Shown here in pieces: positions 13,101-29,639 of a stretch of 64,000 bases of DNA. Every line of letters begins with the position of its first letter. The stretch's first letter is position 1. Both the position numbers and the translations under genes were made by a program. The notes below the pieces were generated by a model. It was not told where the DNA came from. It ran no database searches and saw nothing but the letters and a program-made list of their open reading frames with translations. This DNA comes from an uncultured Pelagibacteraceae bacterium (lineage in GTDB: Bacteria; Pseudomonadota; Alphaproteobacteria; Pelagibacterales; Pelagibacteraceae): contig CACDAB010000005.1 in assembly GCA_902550615.1 (NCBI GenBank), positions 1,560-65,559 of the forward strand, given 5' to 3'.

Positions 13101-14393
13101 TTAAATATCCAAAAATAGCCTTCTTGGTTCCTCTAAATTTTCTTTTATCATTTTTAAAAAGGAAACAGACTCTTTACCATCAACAATTCTATGGTCGTAT
13201 GATAACGCTAAGTACATTATGGGTCTGATCTTAATTTCTCCATCAACTACAATAGGTCTATCAACTATATTATGCATACCTAAGACACCTGATTGTGGAA
13301 GATTAAGAATAGGGGTTGAAAGCATTGAACCATAAACACCTCCATTACTGATGGTGAAAGTTCCACCTTGAAGATCTTCAATTGTCAATTTCCCATTTTT
13401 TGCTTTTTCAGAAATTTCTTTAATATTTTTTTCAATATCTGCAAAAGATAATTCATCTGCGTTTTTGAGGACTGGTACGACCAATCCTTTTTCAGTGCCA
13501 ACTGCAAAACTTATATTATAATAATTTTTATAAACAATTGTATCACCTTCAATTTCAGCGTTTATCGCTGGGAAATTTTTTAATGCTACTATACTTGCTT
13601 TAACGAAAAAGGACATAAATCCCAATTTTACCCCATAGCGATTTTGAAAATCATCTTGATTTTCTTTCCTCATTGTCATTACATTTGACATATCAACTTC
13701 ATTAAATGTTGTCAGTAAGGCTGCATTATCCTGTGCTTGTTTTAATCTCTTAGCAATTGTTTGTCTTAATCTGGTCATTTTAATTCTTTCTTCTTGACCA
13801 TATTTTATTTTTCTTTCAGATGGAGGAGGATTGACACCCATTAAATTAATTAAATCACCTTTTAAAACTCTGCCATCTTTTCCTGAACCTTTGACTGAAC
13901 TGATGTCTATTTTATTCTCAGTTACAATTTTTCTTACAGCTGGAGATAAAGTTTGATCGATTTTTGTCTCAACTTCTGCTTTTGTTGGTTCGACCTCTTT
14001 CGTAAGAATTAGTGGTTTTTCTTCTTCAACATTATCGTGGAAAACTTCTATCACCTCATTTTTATCATCTTCGTCTGTCAAATCATCTTTATCTTTATCA
14101 ACTTTGACAGTGGGTTGTATCTTTTTAATCTCCTGATTTTCTTCTGATTTATTTTCACTCTCTGAAACTGATCCTAAATCAGCACCAACTTCAACGACTG
14201 ATCCATTCTTTGAATTTATTTTTGTGAGAATACCAGATACCGGAGAAGGAACTTCTAGATTTACTTTATCAGTTTCTAGTTCAACAAGTGGTTCATCAGC
14301 TTCAACAGATTCACCTTCATTTTTTAACCACTTAGAGACTGTTGCCTCTGTGATACTTTCCCCAAGAACTGGAACTAATATCTTTTCACTCAT
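13101..14393 (-). CDS. sucB: 2-oxoglutarate dehydrogenase E2, dihydrolipoamide succinyltransferase
   Basis: Lipoyl-lysine motif ELETDKV and catalytic DHRIVDG; positioned between sucA and lpdA. Confidence 0.93.
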   Translation of the reverse strand: MSEKILVPVLGESITEATVSKWLKNEGESVEADEPLVELETDKVNLEVPSPVSGILTKINSKNGSVVEVGADLGSVSESENKSEENQEIKKIQPTVKVDKDKDDLTDEDDKNEVIEVFHDNVEEEKPLILTKEVEPTKAEVETKIDQTLSPAVRKIVTENKIDISSVKGSGKDGRVLKGDLINLMGVNPPPSERKIKYGQEERIKMTRLRQTIAKRLKQAQDNAALLTTFNEVDMSNVMTMRKENQDDFQNRYGVKLGFMSFFVKASIVALKNFPAINAEIEGDTIVYKNYYNISFAVGTEKGLVVPVLKNADELSFADIEKNIKEISEKAKNGKLTIEDLQGGTFTISNGGVYGSMLSTPILNLPQSGVLGMHNIVDRPIVVDGEIKIRPIMYLALSYDHRIVDGKESVSFLKMIKENLEEPRRLFLDI

Positions 14394-14399
14394 TAATAT

Positions 14400-17273
14400 T
14401 TATTCAAAAACTTTCTTTATAATTTCTTGTTGTTGAGAAACATGTCTTTTGGCATATCCTGTTGCAGGTGATGCATCTGGACTTCTTCCAATATAAGAAA
14501 TTATACTATTCTTAGCCTTTATATTATCTAATGTCCATTGGATATAGTCTCTGACTGAGAACCAAGCACCCATATTTTTTGGTTCTTCTTGACACCAATA
14601 AAATTTTGCTTTTTTTGCATATGGTTTGAGCTCATTAGCAAGTGCTTTTGCAGGAAAAGGGTAAAGTTGTTCAATCCGATATAACACGACGTTGTCTTTT
14701 TTTATTTTTTCTCTTGCTTCAAGTAAATCAAAATAGACTTTTCCAGAACAAAGAATCACTTTTTCAATATCTTTTGATTTTTTTAGTTTAATAAATCCTT
14801 TTACTTTCGGATCAATAGCATGATCCCATAAAACTCTGTGAAATGAATTTTTTTTACTAAAATCATCCAAATTGGAAACACAATGTTTATGACGTAATAA
14901 AGATTTAGGGGTCATGATAATTAATGGTTTTCTAAAATCTCTATGCATTTGTCTTCTTAAAGCATGAAAATAATTTGCAGGAGTTGTGCAATTCATGACT
15001 TGCATATTATCATTTGAACATAATTGTAAAAACCTTTCTAACCTTGCTGATGAATGCTCGGGGCCTTGTCCCTCATATCCATGTGGTAACAACATTACTA
15101 GACCAGACGCTCTTGACCACTTTCGTTCACCAGAAGCTATGAATTGATCGATAACTACTTGCGCACCATTAGCGAAATCTCCAAATTGAGCCTCCCAGAT
15201 AGTAAGAGTATTAGGTTCAACTAAACTATATCCATATTCAAACCCTAAAACAGCTAATTCTGATAAAAAACTATCTACTATTTCAAAATTTTTTTGTTTA
15301 TTAGAAATATTATTTAAAGGGATATATCTCGAATTATCTATTTGATTTCTTAAAACAGAATGTCTTTGACTAAATGTTCCTCTTCCTGAATCTTGACCTA
15401 CAAGTCTTACTGGATAACCTTCCTCCAACAGTGAACCAAAAGCTAAAGACTCTGCGGTAGACCAGTCTATACCTTTACCATTAGAAACTGAAATTCTACG
15501 ATTCTCTAGAATTTTTGTAATTGTTTTGTGAATATTTATTTCAGTCGGTATTGTATTTATTTTATCAGAAATATTTCTTAATTTTTTGGTGTCAGAACCT
15601 GTTACTCCTCTTTTGTCTTTTCCTCGCTCTGGTCTATATCTTGACCAGGTTCCCTCAAACCACTCTATTTTTGGTTTATAATTTTTTGCATTTTTAAATT
15701 GATCATCTAAAAGATCTTTAAATTTTTTTATAGAATTATTTAAATAATCATTTGTAATTGATCCTTCACTTACCAGTTTTTCACCATAAACTTTAATAGT
15801 TGAAGGATGCGATCTTATCTTTTTATACATTAAAGGCTGAGTAAACGAAGGTTCATCACCCTCATTATGTCCAAATCTTCTGTAGCAAATTAAATCAATG
15901 ACAACATCTCTATTAAATTTTAATCTAAAGTCTGTTGCAATTCTTGCTGCATAAACAACTGCTTCCGGATCGTCACCATTCACATGAATAATTGGCGCTT
16001 CAACCATTTTAGCTATATCAGATGGATATGGCGAAGATCTTGCAAATCTAGGGCTTGTTGTAAAACCTATTTGATTGTTTACGATAATATGAATTGTGCC
16101 ACCAGTGTTATGTCCTGGAAGACCAGACATTGCAAAGCATTCAGCAACTACTCCTTGTCCAGCAAAGGCTGCATCTCCATGAATGAGAATCGGAATTACT
16201 TTTTTTCTCTCTTTATCTTTATGAAAAAATTGTTTCGCTCTAGTTTGTCCTAAGACGACTGGATTTACTGCCTCTAAATGTGAAGGATTATCGGTCAAAC
16301 TAACATGAACTGAATTCCCATCAAACTCTCTATTAGATGAAGCACCTAAATGATATTTAACATCTCCAGTATCATCGTTAGACTTTGAACTTATTTCTCC
16401 CGCAAACTCATTAAATATTCTTTTGTAAGATTTTTGAAGAACATTAGCTAATACATTAAGTCGACCCCTATGAGACATCCCGATTTTAACTTCTCTAACA
16501 TTTGACTGACCACCAATTTTAATTATTTGTTCAAGTGCAGGAATTAAGCTTTCACCACCATCAAGACCAAATCTTTTAGTCCCAACATATTTTGTATGAA
16601 GAAATTTTTCAAAACCCTCAGCTTGAATCAGTTTGTTAAGAATTGCCTCTTTACCATTTTGTGTAAAATTGAAATCATCAGCCTTTTCAACACGATCTCT
16701 AAACCATTTTCTTTCAGTGGGATTTGAAATATGCATATATTCATAACCTAAAGGACCACAATACTTTTCTTTTAAGAATTTTAATATCTCATTAATATTT
16801 GAGTATTGCTTATTAGTGACATTATCTAAGAAAATTTTTTTTTGATAATCTTCTTTTTTAAATCCATAAGACTCTGGATGAAGTTCCTCTAAATAATCTG
16901 TTTTTAACAACCCTAATGGGTCTAACTTTGCAATAAGATGACCTCTTTGTCTATACGACCTGATCATCGCAACAGCTTTAATTGAATTTGTATTTGATTT
17001 AATTATATCATCATCATTTTGCTCTGTGATTTGATTTTCAAAATTTTGCTTTTTATTTATTGAAACTTTCTTAGAAGGGCTCCACGTAGGACCATTAATT
17101 TCATTTATAATTATATCGTCTTCATCGCCAACTTCCTTAAAATATTTTCTCCAGCTATCAGGTAATTCAGGATCATTATTTACAAATTTTAAGTACATTT
17201 CTTCGATGAAAGCGCTGTTTGATTTATTGAGAAATGCTGTTTTTTTAAATTCTAAATTTTTAGAAGAAGACAT
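14400..17273 (-). CDS. sucA: 2-oxoglutarate dehydrogenase E1
   Basis: 957 aa with a conserved E1o sequence (GMSHRGRLNVL, HGDAAFAGQGVV, YEGQGPEHSSARLERFLQ). Confidence 0.95.
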   Translation of the reverse strand: MSSSKNLEFKKTAFLNKSNSAFIEEMYLKFVNNDPELPDSWRKYFKEVGDEDDIIINEINGPTWSPSKKVSINKKQNFENQITEQNDDDIIKSNTNSIKAVAMIRSYRQRGHLIAKLDPLGLLKTDYLEELHPESYGFKKEDYQKKIFLDNVTNKQYSNINEILKFLKEKYCGPLGYEYMHISNPTERKWFRDRVEKADDFNFTQNGKEAILNKLIQAEGFEKFLHTKYVGTKRFGLDGGESLIPALEQIIKIGGQSNVREVKIGMSHRGRLNVLANVLQKSYKRIFNEFAGEISSKSNDDTGDVKYHLGASSNREFDGNSVHVSLTDNPSHLEAVNPVVLGQTRAKQFFHKDKERKKVIPILIHGDAAFAGQGVVAECFAMSGLPGHNTGGTIHIIVNNQIGFTTSPRFARSSPYPSDIAKMVEAPIIHVNGDDPEAVVYAARIATDFRLKFNRDVVIDLICYRRFGHNEGDEPSFTQPLMYKKIRSHPSTIKVYGEKLVSEGSITNDYLNNSIKKFKDLLDDQFKNAKNYKPKIEWFEGTWSRYRPERGKDKRGVTGSDTKKLRNISDKINTIPTEINIHKTITKILENRRISVSNGKGIDWSTAESLAFGSLLEEGYPVRLVGQDSGRGTFSQRHSVLRNQIDNSRYIPLNNISNKQKNFEIVDSFLSELAVLGFEYGYSLVEPNTLTIWEAQFGDFANGAQVVIDQFIASGERKWSRASGLVMLLPHGYEGQGPEHSSARLERFLQLCSNDNMQVMNCTTPANYFHALRRQMHRDFRKPLIIMTPKSLLRHKHCVSNLDDFSKKNSFHRVLWDHAIDPKVKGFIKLKKSKDIEKVILCSGKVYFDLLEAREKIKKDNVVLYRIEQLYPFPAKALANELKPYAKKAKFYWCQEEPKNMGAWFSVRDYIQWTLDNIKAKNSIISYIGRSPDASPATGYAKRHVSQQQEIIKKVFE

Positions 17274-17308
17274 TGTGTTAAATCAATATAAACTGACTAA
17301 GAAATTTT

Positions 17309-18183
17309 TCAATCAGACAATTTATCGAAAAGTGTTTTTCCAATTTTGGATGGAGAATTCGCCATTGTTATCCCACAATCTTCCATCTTTTTAATCTTAT
17401 CTTTCGCGCCACCTTTGCCCCCTGAAATGATTGCACCAGCATGGCCCATTCTACGACCTGGTGGTGCTGTTATACCAGCTATAAAGCCAACAATAGGTTT
17501 TTTTATTTTGTGATTTTGAATAAATTCTGCTGCTTCCTCTTCGGCCGTTCCTCCAATTTCTCCTATCATTAAAATAGACTCTGTTTCGTCATCATTTAAA
17601 AATAAATCTAAGCAATCAATAAAATTTGTACCATTTATTGGATCTCCACCAATACCTATACAAGTAGATTGACCTAATCCATTTTCTGTGGTTTGAGCAA
17701 CTGCCTCATAGGTTAAAGTCCCAGATCTAGAGACAATACCAACTGAACCTTTTTTGTGGATATTGCCTGGCATGATACCAATTTTACATTCATCAGGAGT
17801 TATTATTCCTGGACAATTAGGTCCAATTAATCTGGAATTTGATTTTAGTAATTTCTGTTTAACTCTCAACATATCTTGAATTGGGATTCCTTCAGTGATG
17901 CAAACAATTAACTCGATTGATGCCTCTATTGCCTCAATGATTGCTGCAGCAGCAAACTTTGCTGGTACATATATCATCGTGGCGTTGGCACCCTCAGAGT
18001 TTTTAGCCTCTTTAACTGTATTAAAAACTGGTAATCCTAAATGTTTTTGTCCTCCTTTTTTAGGAGTGACTCCACCTACTAATTTTGTTCCATATTTAAT
18101 TGCTTGCTCAGAGTGAAATGTTCCATGTGACCCCGTGAAACCCTGACAAATTAATCTAGTTTCTTTATTTACAAGGACTGACA

Positions 18184-18184
<1 letters not shown>
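17309..18184 (-). CDS. sucD: succinyl-CoA synthetase alpha subunit
   Basis: SRSGTLTYE and the phosphohistidine region [10 protein letters not shown]. Confidence 0.95.
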
Positions 18185-21817
<3,633 letters not shown>

Positions 21818-21859
21818 GAATAGGACCTTTTAGATTAAAAATTGTTATTAGTCTATTGT

Positions 21860-22642
21860 TTAAATATTAGCTGTTGCTAACATTTTTTTTATTTCAGCAA
21901 TTGCTTTTGCAGGATTTAAACCTTTTGGACAAGCGCTAGTACAGTTTAAAATTGTGTGACACCTATAAAGTTTAAGTTCATCTGCCACCTTTTTTAATCT
22001 TGAATTTCTCTCTTCATCTCTACTATCTATGATCCATCGATAGGCTTGTAAAAGTACTGCTGGTCCTAGATATTTATCACCATTCCACCAATAACTTGGG
22101 CAAGAAGTTGAACAACACGCACACATTATACATTCATATGCGCCATCTAGTTTAGCTCTATCTTCTTTAGATTGAAAAATTTCTTTAGTTTCCGACTTTG
22201 AATTTGATTTTAACCATGGCTCAATTGATTGATACTGTTTATATAAACCATCCAAGTCGCCTATTAGATCTTTTTTGACTTTAAGGTGTGGTAATGGATA
22301 AATATTGATATCACCATCTATTTCTTTGTGGGGAGTTGTACAGGCAAGGCCATTTTTTCCATCCATATTCATCGCACACGAACCACAAACTCCATGAGCA
22401 CAAGATCTTCTATAAGCCAAAGTCGGATCTATTTCATTTTTAATTTTATTTAAAATGTCTAAAACTTTTGAAGGACAATTATCCATATCAACTTCATAGG
22501 TATCAATTCTAGGATTTTCCTCTGTAGACGGGTCCCATCTATAAACATTTACTTTTCTAAGATTTTTTGAACCAGTTTTATCCTTAAAATATTTACCTTT
22601 TTTTACTTTTGAGTTGTCAGGTAAACCTATTTGAGCCATCAA
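21860..22642 (-). CDS. sdhB: succinate dehydrogenase iron-sulfur subunit
   Basis: Three Cys clusters: [46 protein letters not shown]. Confidence 0.95.
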   Translation of the reverse strand: MMAQIGLPDNSKVKKGKYFKDKTGSKNLRKVNVYRWDPSTEENPRIDTYEVDMDNCPSKVLDILNKIKNEIDPTLAYRRSCAHGVCGSCAMNMDGKNGLACTTPHKEIDGDINIYPLPHLKVKKDLIGDLDGLYKQYQSIEPWLKSNSKSETKEIFQSKEDRAKLDGAYECIMCACCSTSCPSYWWNGDKYLGPAVLLQAYRWIIDSRDEERNSRLKKVADELKLYRCHTILNCTSACPKGLNPAKAIAEIKKMLATANI

Positions 22643-24414
22643 TAAACTCTTTCCTGAGGTGGAAAATATTGCACTTCATTAGTCAATGTTGATTTGTGAA
22701 CTTCTCTATAACTAATTTTTGTATCTTTTCCGTCACACCATGCAAGAGTATGTTGCATAAATTTATTATCATCTCTTTTTGGAAAGTCTTCTCTCGCATG
22801 TGCTCCTCGACTTTCCTTTCTGTTATAGGCTGAATCAACTGTTACTACAGCTTGTCTTATTAAATTATCAAATTCTAAAGTTTCAACTAAATCAGTATTA
22901 AAAATTAAAGATTTATCTTTAACTGATAAAGATTCTAGCCCATCATAAGTTTTTCTTATTTCATTAACACCTTCTTTAAGAGTTTTTTCAGTTCTAAAAA
23001 CAGCACACTTGGACTGCATAGTTTTCTGCATTGATAACCTTAGTTCAGCTGTTCCAATGTCGCCCTGTGAATTTCTTATTTTATCAAAACGATCTAAGCA
23101 TTTTTGGGTTTCTGTTTCACTGATTTCCTCGTGTGGAGTTCCTGGTTTTATTAGCTCTGATGCACGTTTAGCAGCTGCTCTACCAAAAACAACTAAATCA
23201 ATTAATGAGTTTGAACCAAGTCTGTTTGCGCCATGAACTGAAACACACGCTGCTTCACCTATTGCCATTAAACCTGGAACAGTTTTTTCTGAACCATTTA
23301 CAGTTAATACTTCTGCTTTATAATTTGTTGGAATTCCACCCATATTATAATGAACTGTTGGAACAACCGGAATTGGTTCTTTGGTAACATCTACATTAGC
23401 AAATAATCTTGCAGCATCAGTTATACCAGGTAATCTACTTTCGATAATATCCTTATCTAAGTGACTTAAATTAAGATGAACATGATCTTGATCTTTTCCA
23501 ACTCCTCTTCCTTCATTAATCTCAATTGACATCGATCTACTCACAACATCTCTTGATGCTAAATCTTTCGCTTTAGGGGCATATCTTTCCATAAATCTTT
23601 CACCCTTAGAATTTGTAAGATATCCTCCCTCACCTCTTGCGCCCTCTGTGATCAATGTGCCATGACCATAAATTCCTGTTGGATGAAATTGAACAAATTC
23701 CATATCTTGCAATGGTAAACCTGCTCTTAATACCATCGCATTACCATCACCCGTACAAGTATGGGCTGATGTTGCAGAATAATATACTTTTCCATAACCA
23801 CCTGTTGCGATTATAACAGTGTGAGCTCTAAATCTATGAATAGTTCCATCATTTAAATTCCAAGCAATAAGACCTTTGCAAGCTCCATCTTTCATTAATA
23901 AATCTAATGCAAAATACTCAATAAAAAATTCTGTATTATGTTTTAAAGCTTGTCCATATAAAGTATGTAAAATTGCATGACCTGTTCTATCAGCGGCTGC
24001 ACAAGTTCTTTGTACAATTCCATTGCCGTAATTTTTGGTCATACCACCAAATGGTCTTTGATAAATTTTTCCATCTTCAGTTCTACTAAATGGAACACCA
24101 TATTTTTCTAGCTCTATTACAGCCTTTGGTGCCTCCTTACAGAGATATTCAATACTATCCTGATCACCTAACCAATCAGCTCCTTTAACAGTGTCGTACA
24201 TATGCCAACGCCAATCATCCTCACCCATATTTCCTAAAGCAGCGGAAATACCACCTTGCGCTGCAGAGGTGTGACTTCTAGTTGGAAAGACTTTTGAAAT
24301 ACAAGCTGTTTTTAAACCAGCCTCACTTAAACCAACCGCGGCCCTTAGACCAGAACCACCTGCTCCCAAGACTACCACATCGTATTCATGATTAATTATT
24401 TTGTAAGAACTCAT
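22639..24414 (-). CDS. sdhA: succinate dehydrogenase flavoprotein subunit
   Basis: [10 protein letters not shown] and the covalent-FAD His region [10 protein letters not shown]; overlaps sdhB by 4 nt. Confidence 0.96.
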   Translation of the reverse strand: MSSYKIINHEYDVVVLGAGGSGLRAAVGLSEAGLKTACISKVFPTRSHTSAAQGGISAALGNMGEDDWRWHMYDTVKGADWLGDQDSIEYLCKEAPKAVIELEKYGVPFSRTEDGKIYQRPFGGMTKNYGNGIVQRTCAAADRTGHAILHTLYGQALKHNTEFFIEYFALDLLMKDGACKGLIAWNLNDGTIHRFRAHTVIIATGGYGKVYYSATSAHTCTGDGNAMVLRAGLPLQDMEFVQFHPTGIYGHGTLITEGARGEGGYLTNSKGERFMERYAPKAKDLASRDVVSRSMSIEINEGRGVGKDQDHVHLNLSHLDKDIIESRLPGITDAARLFANVDVTKEPIPVVPTVHYNMGGIPTNYKAEVLTVNGSEKTVPGLMAIGEAACVSVHGANRLGSNSLIDLVVFGRAAAKRASELIKPGTPHEEISETETQKCLDRFDKIRNSQGDIGTAELRLSMQKTMQSKCAVFRTEKTLKEGVNEIRKTYDGLESLSVKDKSLIFNTDLVETLEFDNLIRQAVVTVDSAYNRKESRGAHAREDFPKRDDNKFMQHTLAWCDGKDTKISYREVHKSTLTNEVQYFPPQERVY

Positions 24415-24755
24415 AAATTAATTAATAATATAATTGTAATTAATGGAATTACCACAGCAGATACGTACAAAAAACCATTTGCGACATTTTTGATTTTATA
24501 ATCTTTTATATAATCCTCAAAAACCTCACTAATACTTAATGCTGAAAAGAAATATGCAGTAATAATAAATAAACTAAATAAAAACTTAGATAATGGATTC
24601 GTAAAAAATTCCAATACCTCTGAATAACTCTGATCATAAATACTAATAAAACTTAAAATAAACCAGGCCATTAATGGAACTAATATTGCTCCACTTATTT
24701 TTAAAAAAATCCATTTTTTTGTTGCAGCAATCATTTTAAAATAAATTTTTTCCAA
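24411..24755 (-). CDS. sdhD: succinate dehydrogenase membrane anchor subunit
   Basis: Small 3-TM protein between sdhC and sdhA. The start could instead be the ATG at 24734, just after the sdhC stop. Confidence 0.7.
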   Translation of the reverse strand: MEKIYFKMIAATKKWIFLKISGAILVPLMAWFILSFISIYDQSYSEVLEFFTNPLSKFLFSLFIITAYFFSALSISEVFEDYIKDYKIKNVANGFLYVSAVVIPLITIILLINL

Positions 24756-25119
24756 TCAAATATAAAATTATAGTTAAAAAGATTGACCCTATAATTACTA
24801 AAAGACCAGTTATTTTAGTTGTCTTAAGTTCAAATCCATAACCTAAATCCATTATCAAATGTCTAATCTCACTTAAAATTTGAAAACAAAAAGACCAGGT
24901 CAATCCTAAAGTAATAAATTTTCCAATTTGAGAATTTAATAGTAAATTAACAACCTCATAACTATTTTCACCTAATAATAATAAAGATGCCCACAAACAA
25001 ATTAATGTAATCCCAATTATATTTATTATGCCCGTAATTCTGTGTGAAATAGATACTAAAGACGAAATATGCCATTTATAAACTTGTATATGAGGGGATA
25101 ATGGTTTTTTATTTTCCAT
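24736..25119 (-). CDS. sdhC: succinate dehydrogenase cytochrome b556 subunit
   Basis: 127 aa with the SdhC N-terminal signature PLSPHIQVYKW, 3 TM helices, and the heme-ligand region SISHRITG. Confidence 0.78.
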   Translation of the reverse strand: MENKKPLSPHIQVYKWHISSLVSISHRITGIINIIGITLICLWASLLLLGENSYEVVNLLLNSQIGKFITLGLTWSFCFQILSEIRHLIMDLGYGFELKTTKITGLLVIIGSIFLTIILYLIGKNLF

Positions 25120-26116
25120 GGTAATTTTTTTTAATTACTGTTTCTACAATTTCTACTGCATTCAAAGCCGCGCCTCTCAAAAGATTATCTGAAACGATCC
25201 ATAAGTTTAATCCATTTTTAATTGTTTTATCTTCTCTTATCCTTGAAATAAAAGTTTCATCCATTCCCTCTGCTTCAATTGGAGTTGAATAACCGCCGTC
25301 ATTTCTTTCATCAATAACTTTACAACCTTCAAAATTATTCAAAGCATCTCTTACCTTTTCCAGAGTAAAAGGTTTTTCAAATTGTAAGTTGACTGACTCA
25401 GAATGAGAGACAGAGATTGGTAATCTCACACATGTTGCCGTTAAATCAATTTTGGTATCTAAAATTTTTTTAGTTTCGTTCATCATTTTTAACTCTTCCT
25501 TAGTATAACCATCATCAGCAAATTGATCGATATGAGGGATGGCATTAAAAGCTATTTGTTTTGTAAAATTTTTAGATGATACTTTTTTACCATCTAAAAC
25601 TAGTTTAGTTTGCTCAATAAGTTCATCCATGGGAGCTTTTCCACCTCCAGAAACTGATTGATAAGTAGACACGACAATTCTTTTGATAATAAATAGATCG
25701 TGTAAAGGTTTAAGAGCAATCACTAATTGAGCTGTTGAACAATTCGGATTTGCAACAATATTTTTTTTAATTTTTTTTAGATCATCTGAATTTACTTGTG
25801 GAACTATTAAAGGTACGTCTGGATCCATTCTAAAAAAACTAGAGTTATCAATTACCAAGCAATTTTTGGCTGCTCTTTCAGCAAATTTTTCAGAAATTTT
25901 TCCACCGGCTGCAAAAAAAGCAATATTAACTTTTGAGAAATCAAAATTTTCTAAATCAAGGACATCCATTTCCTTACCTCTAAAACCAATTTTTTTTCCA
26001 ACACTTTTTGAGGACGCAACTAAATATAAATTATCTATTGAAAATTCTTTTCTCTCCAAAATTTCCAATGTTTTTCTACCAACATTTCCTGTTGCTCCTA
26101 CAATTGCAATATTCAT
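25109..26116 (-). CDS. asd: aspartate-semialdehyde dehydrogenase
   Basis: GATGNVGR NAD(P) motif and active-site NPNCSTAQL. Confidence 0.92.
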   Translation of the reverse strand: MNIAIVGATGNVGRKTLEILERKEFSIDNLYLVASSKSVGKKIGFRGKEMDVLDLENFDFSKVNIAFFAAGGKISEKFAERAAKNCLVIDNSSFFRMDPDVPLIVPQVNSDDLKKIKKNIVANPNCSTAQLVIALKPLHDLFIIKRIVVSTYQSVSGGGKAPMDELIEQTKLVLDGKKVSSKNFTKQIAFNAIPHIDQFADDGYTKEELKMMNETKKILDTKIDLTATCVRLPISVSHSESVNLQFEKPFTLEKVRDALNNFEGCKVIDERNDGGYSTPIEAEGMDETFISRIREDKTIKNGLNLWIVSDNLLRGAALNAVEIVETVIKKNYHGK

Positions 26117-26131
26117 GATCTAAGTTTTATA

Positions 26132-27241
26132 CTAGATGAAAGGTAAATCGCAAACTTTAAGAGCTAAAGAATTTCCATCAATTTCTATTGTTCCGGACGA
26201 AGATGCTTTGCAATATGGTTCTTTTATCATTGCAATACCAATAACTTTTTTAAAATGTGGCGAGTAACAAGCGGATCTTAGTTCTCCAATTATTTTCCCT
26301 TCATTATTCTTGATTTCTAAAGAACTAGTTAAAAGAATCTTGGTTAAATCTATCTGAACACCCATTAGCTTTCTATCAATTCCTTTTTCTTTCATTATTT
26401 TAAGTTTATCTTTACCTAAAAAGTTTATATCGGTCTCTAAATCGATATATTTATCAAAACCACATTGAAATGGATTATCATTGTTATCAAAATCATTCCC
26501 ATAAGAAAGTAAACCACTCTCAATCCTTTCGATTAAATTTGGACATCCAGGCCTAACATTGAATTCTTTACCAATTTCAAAAAGATGATCGTATAACTTC
26601 AAACCTGAGTCGGTTTTTTCAACATAAATTTCAAAACCACCTTGTTTTGACCAACCAGATCTAGCTATTAAATGCTTTGCCCCATTAAAAGTGAAATAAT
26701 CAAATCCAAAAAATTTTAACTCTTTTATTTTTTCACCAAAAACTTTTTCCATTAAATCAAAAGATTTAGGACCTTGAACTGCTAAGATATCTACAATTGG
26801 TTCAAAAATTTTAACATCAAATTTATTTCCTGAAGCAAGACCTTTTGCAAAAAAAATTACATCAGAGTCAGCAATTGAAATCCACCATCTATCTTCAGCT
26901 AATTTTAAAATAACAGGATCATTTACCAAATTTCCATTTTCATCGATCAAAGGGCAATAATAACATCTTCCTACTTTGGATTTCGATAAATCTCTACAAG
27001 TCATGAGTTGTACAAGTTTTGCAGCATCTTTGCCTAAAATTTCAACCTGTCTTTCTGCAGCTACATCCCAAATTTGAACATTCTTTTTTAAATGATCACA
27101 AGACTCTTCCAAGGAACCAAAAGCTGCTGGTAAAAGCATATGATTATAAACAGTATAAGCGGTAACACCTTGTTTCTCTATTCTAGAAGTATAGGGTGTA
27201 CTTCTAACTCTTCTTGATTTGGCTATCGGATAACTTTTCAT
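26132..27241 (-). CDS. dmdA: GcvT-fold aminomethyltransferase, most likely DMSP demethylase DmdA
   Basis: 369-aa GcvT-family sequence in a cluster with an MMPA-CoA-ligase-like and a long acyl-CoA-dehydrogenase-like gene. As I recall, this matches the arrangement reported for Pelagibacter dmdA/B/C. Confidence 0.75.
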   Translation of the reverse strand: MKSYPIAKSRRVRSTPYTSRIEKQGVTAYTVYNHMLLPAAFGSLEESCDHLKKNVQIWDVAAERQVEILGKDAAKLVQLMTCRDLSKSKVGRCYYCPLIDENGNLVNDPVILKLAEDRWWISIADSDVIFFAKGLASGNKFDVKIFEPIVDILAVQGPKSFDLMEKVFGEKIKELKFFGFDYFTFNGAKHLIARSGWSKQGGFEIYVEKTDSGLKLYDHLFEIGKEFNVRPGCPNLIERIESGLLSYGNDFDNNDNPFQCGFDKYIDLETDINFLGKDKLKIMKEKGIDRKLMGVQIDLTKILLTSSLEIKNNEGKIIGELRSACYSPHFKKVIGIAMIKEPYCKASSSGTIEIDGNSLALKVCDLPFI

Positions 27242-28014
27242 TTAATTAAAAATTCTAAAATCTTTTCTCTCATTTCAAATGCTTTTTCAATCATTATCAT
27301 ATGACCACAACCTTTAATTACATGAGTAGATGAGTTTTTTACTAAATTTGAAAATTTTTTCCCTGCATCTAAATTGATCATTTTATCTAACTCTCCGAAA
27401 ATAAGTAATGTGGGAAGATCTAAAACTTTTGTTGCCTCTAACCCATTTGAGTAATTATTACACGCATTTAAATCGACTGCTAAAACTTCACTAATATCTC
27501 TCGGAGACTGAATTATTTTTTCTACTGGATTCCCACCAATAAATTTTTTTGAGCCTTCATAACCCCATTTCATCATTAATTTTACAGCATCAGAGTCACC
27601 ATTATTTGCAAGTTCTATTAAATCAGGATGAACTGGCATTTTATTTGAGCCGCCAACTAAAACTATTTTAGTTAACCTGCTTTTATATTTAAAAGCATAT
27701 TCAAGTATTTCTAAACATCCTTGAGAATGACCAACTAAAATCAAATTTTTTAATTGCAATTTTTTAAATACACTTTCTAGCCAATCAGCAATTTTTTCTA
27801 TGGTATCTAAACATGGTCCATCTGAATTTCCATGACCAGGAAGATCGATAGACAATACATTGAAATTCTTATTCGAAAAAAATTGTTCAGTTAATGACCA
27901 AACTATGTGTGAAAGGCCACTTCCATGAAGAAATACTATTGTTTGTTTTTTTGGATCTATGCCTTGACCAGCATCAGATGCATGAATAGTTTTATTTTCT
28001 ATTTCAAATATCAA
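27238..28014 (-). CDS. alpha/beta-fold hydrolase, function unknown
   Basis: Oxyanion FLHGSGLS, nucleophile elbow GHSQGC, late GELD and GCGH motifs. Its TGA overlaps the dmdA ATG in an ATGA arrangement. Confidence 0.8.
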   Translation of the reverse strand: MIFEIENKTIHASDAGQGIDPKKQTIVFLHGSGLSHIVWSLTEQFFSNKNFNVLSIDLPGHGNSDGPCLDTIEKIADWLESVFKKLQLKNLILVGHSQGCLEILEYAFKYKSRLTKIVLVGGSNKMPVHPDLIELANNGDSDAVKLMMKWGYEGSKKFIGGNPVEKIIQSPRDISEVLAVDLNACNNYSNGLEATKVLDLPTLLIFGELDKMINLDAGKKFSNLVKNSSTHVIKGCGHMIMIEKAFEMREKILEFLIK

Positions 28015-28022
28015 TCAATTAC

Positions 28023-29639
28023 CTAAAATTTTTTTCTTAATTCAAATTTTTGAATTTTTCCCGTCGATGTTTTAGGTAGTTCACAAAAAACAACTTGTTT
28101 TGGCACTTTGAAACCTGCAAGGGTTTCTTTACAAAAACCAATTAATTCTTTCTCGGTTGTTGGTTTATCCTTTACCATCTCAATAAATGCACAAGGTACC
28201 TCTCCCCATTTTTCATCTGGTTTAGCTACAACGGCTGCAATAGATACTGAGGGATGTTTTGCAAGAGTATTTTCTATTTCTATAGAGGATATGTTTTCAC
28301 CTCCAGAAATTATTATATCTTTAGACCTATCCTGGATTTTTACATATCCATCTGGATGCATGACAGCTAAGTCACCAGAATGAAACCAACCACCAGCCAT
28401 CGCTTTATTTGTAGCATCCTTGTCCTTAAAATAACCCTTCATCACTACATTTCCTTTAATCATTATTTCACCAATCGTCTTTCCATCTTTTGGAACTTCA
28501 GTCATTGTTTCTGGATCCATCACAGCAATCCCTTCTGTATTTGGATATCTAACTCCTTGTCTGGCTTTAATTTCGTTCTGCTTTTCCTCATCGAAGTCAT
28601 TCCAAGCATCATTCCACGCACATTGAGTTACATGTCCATAAGTTTCAGTTAATCCATAAACATGCATAACTTCAAAACCAAGTTCTTTCATTTTTTTAAA
28701 AATTATACTTGGCGGTGGGGCTCCTGCAGTAAGGACGTATACTTTTTGCTTTAATTTTTTTCTATCAGACTCTGGTGCACCAGTTATCATATTTAGTACA
28801 ATAGGCGCTCCACCAAAGTGAGTAACATTATGTTTGTCTATTAATTCAAATATTTTTTTTACATCTATATTTCTTAGACAAATTGTTCTTCCATTTAACA
28901 TGGGTATAGTCCAAGGATAACCCCATCCATTACAATGGAACATTGGGACGATAGTTAAAAAATTAAGTCTGTTTGGCATGTTCCAGGCAACTGCACTACC
29001 CGTGGACATTAAATATGATCCCCGATGATGGTAAACAACGCCTTTAGGGTTTCCGGTAGTTCCAGATGTATAGCTCAATGATATTGCTTGCCACTCGTCA
29101 TCTGGCATTTTCCAATCAAATTTTTCATCACCGGTATTTAAAAAACTTTCATATTCTAGATCACCAATTTTTTCACACTTTGATTGGTCTGCAAATTTAT
29201 CAACTATATCAATAATTGTGATTTTCTTTTTTAAAGTACTTAACGCTTTTTTAACTTCTATGTGTAATTGTCTATCAACAACAAGAACTTTAGCATCACT
29301 GTGTTCTAAAATATAAGCAATAGTTTTAGCATCTAATCTTATGTTAATTGTATTTAATACTGCACCAGACATAGGAACAGAGTAATGTCCCTCAAAAATT
29401 TCAGGTGTGTTGAAAGCTAAAAATGAGACAGTATCTCCTTTTTTAATTCCAATTTTATTAAGGGCGCTTGCAAATTTAATAGTACGTTTGTAAACATCAG
29501 CCCAGGTATATTTACGATCTTCATAGATAATTGCTTCATAATCAGGATAAATCTCGTTTGCTCTCTTCAAAAAAGTCAAAGGAGTTAAAGGAACATAATT
29601 TGCACTATTCTTATCTAAATTAGTATCGAAATGACTCAT
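28023..29639 (-). CDS. dmdB: AMP-forming acyl-CoA ligase, likely 3-methylmercaptopropionate-CoA ligase DmdB
   Basis: AMP-binding motifs YTSGTTGNPKG, YGLTETYG, GWFHSGD; 538 aa; supported by context with dmdA/dmdC. Confidence 0.75.
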   Translation of the reverse strand: MSHFDTNLDKNSANYVPLTPLTFLKRANEIYPDYEAIIYEDRKYTWADVYKRTIKFASALNKIGIKKGDTVSFLAFNTPEIFEGHYSVPMSGAVLNTINIRLDAKTIAYILEHSDAKVLVVDRQLHIEVKKALSTLKKKITIIDIVDKFADQSKCEKIGDLEYESFLNTGDEKFDWKMPDDEWQAISLSYTSGTTGNPKGVVYHHRGSYLMSTGSAVAWNMPNRLNFLTIVPMFHCNGWGYPWTIPMLNGRTICLRNIDVKKIFELIDKHNVTHFGGAPIVLNMITGAPESDRKKLKQKVYVLTAGAPPPSIIFKKMKELGFEVMHVYGLTETYGHVTQCAWNDAWNDFDEEKQNEIKARQGVRYPNTEGIAVMDPETMTEVPKDGKTIGEIMIKGNVVMKGYFKDKDATNKAMAGGWFHSGDLAVMHPDGYVKIQDRSKDIIISGGENISSIEIENTLAKHPSVSIAAVVAKPDEKWGEVPCAFIEMVKDKPTTEKELIGFCKETLAGFKVPKQVVFCELPKTSTGKIQKFELRKKF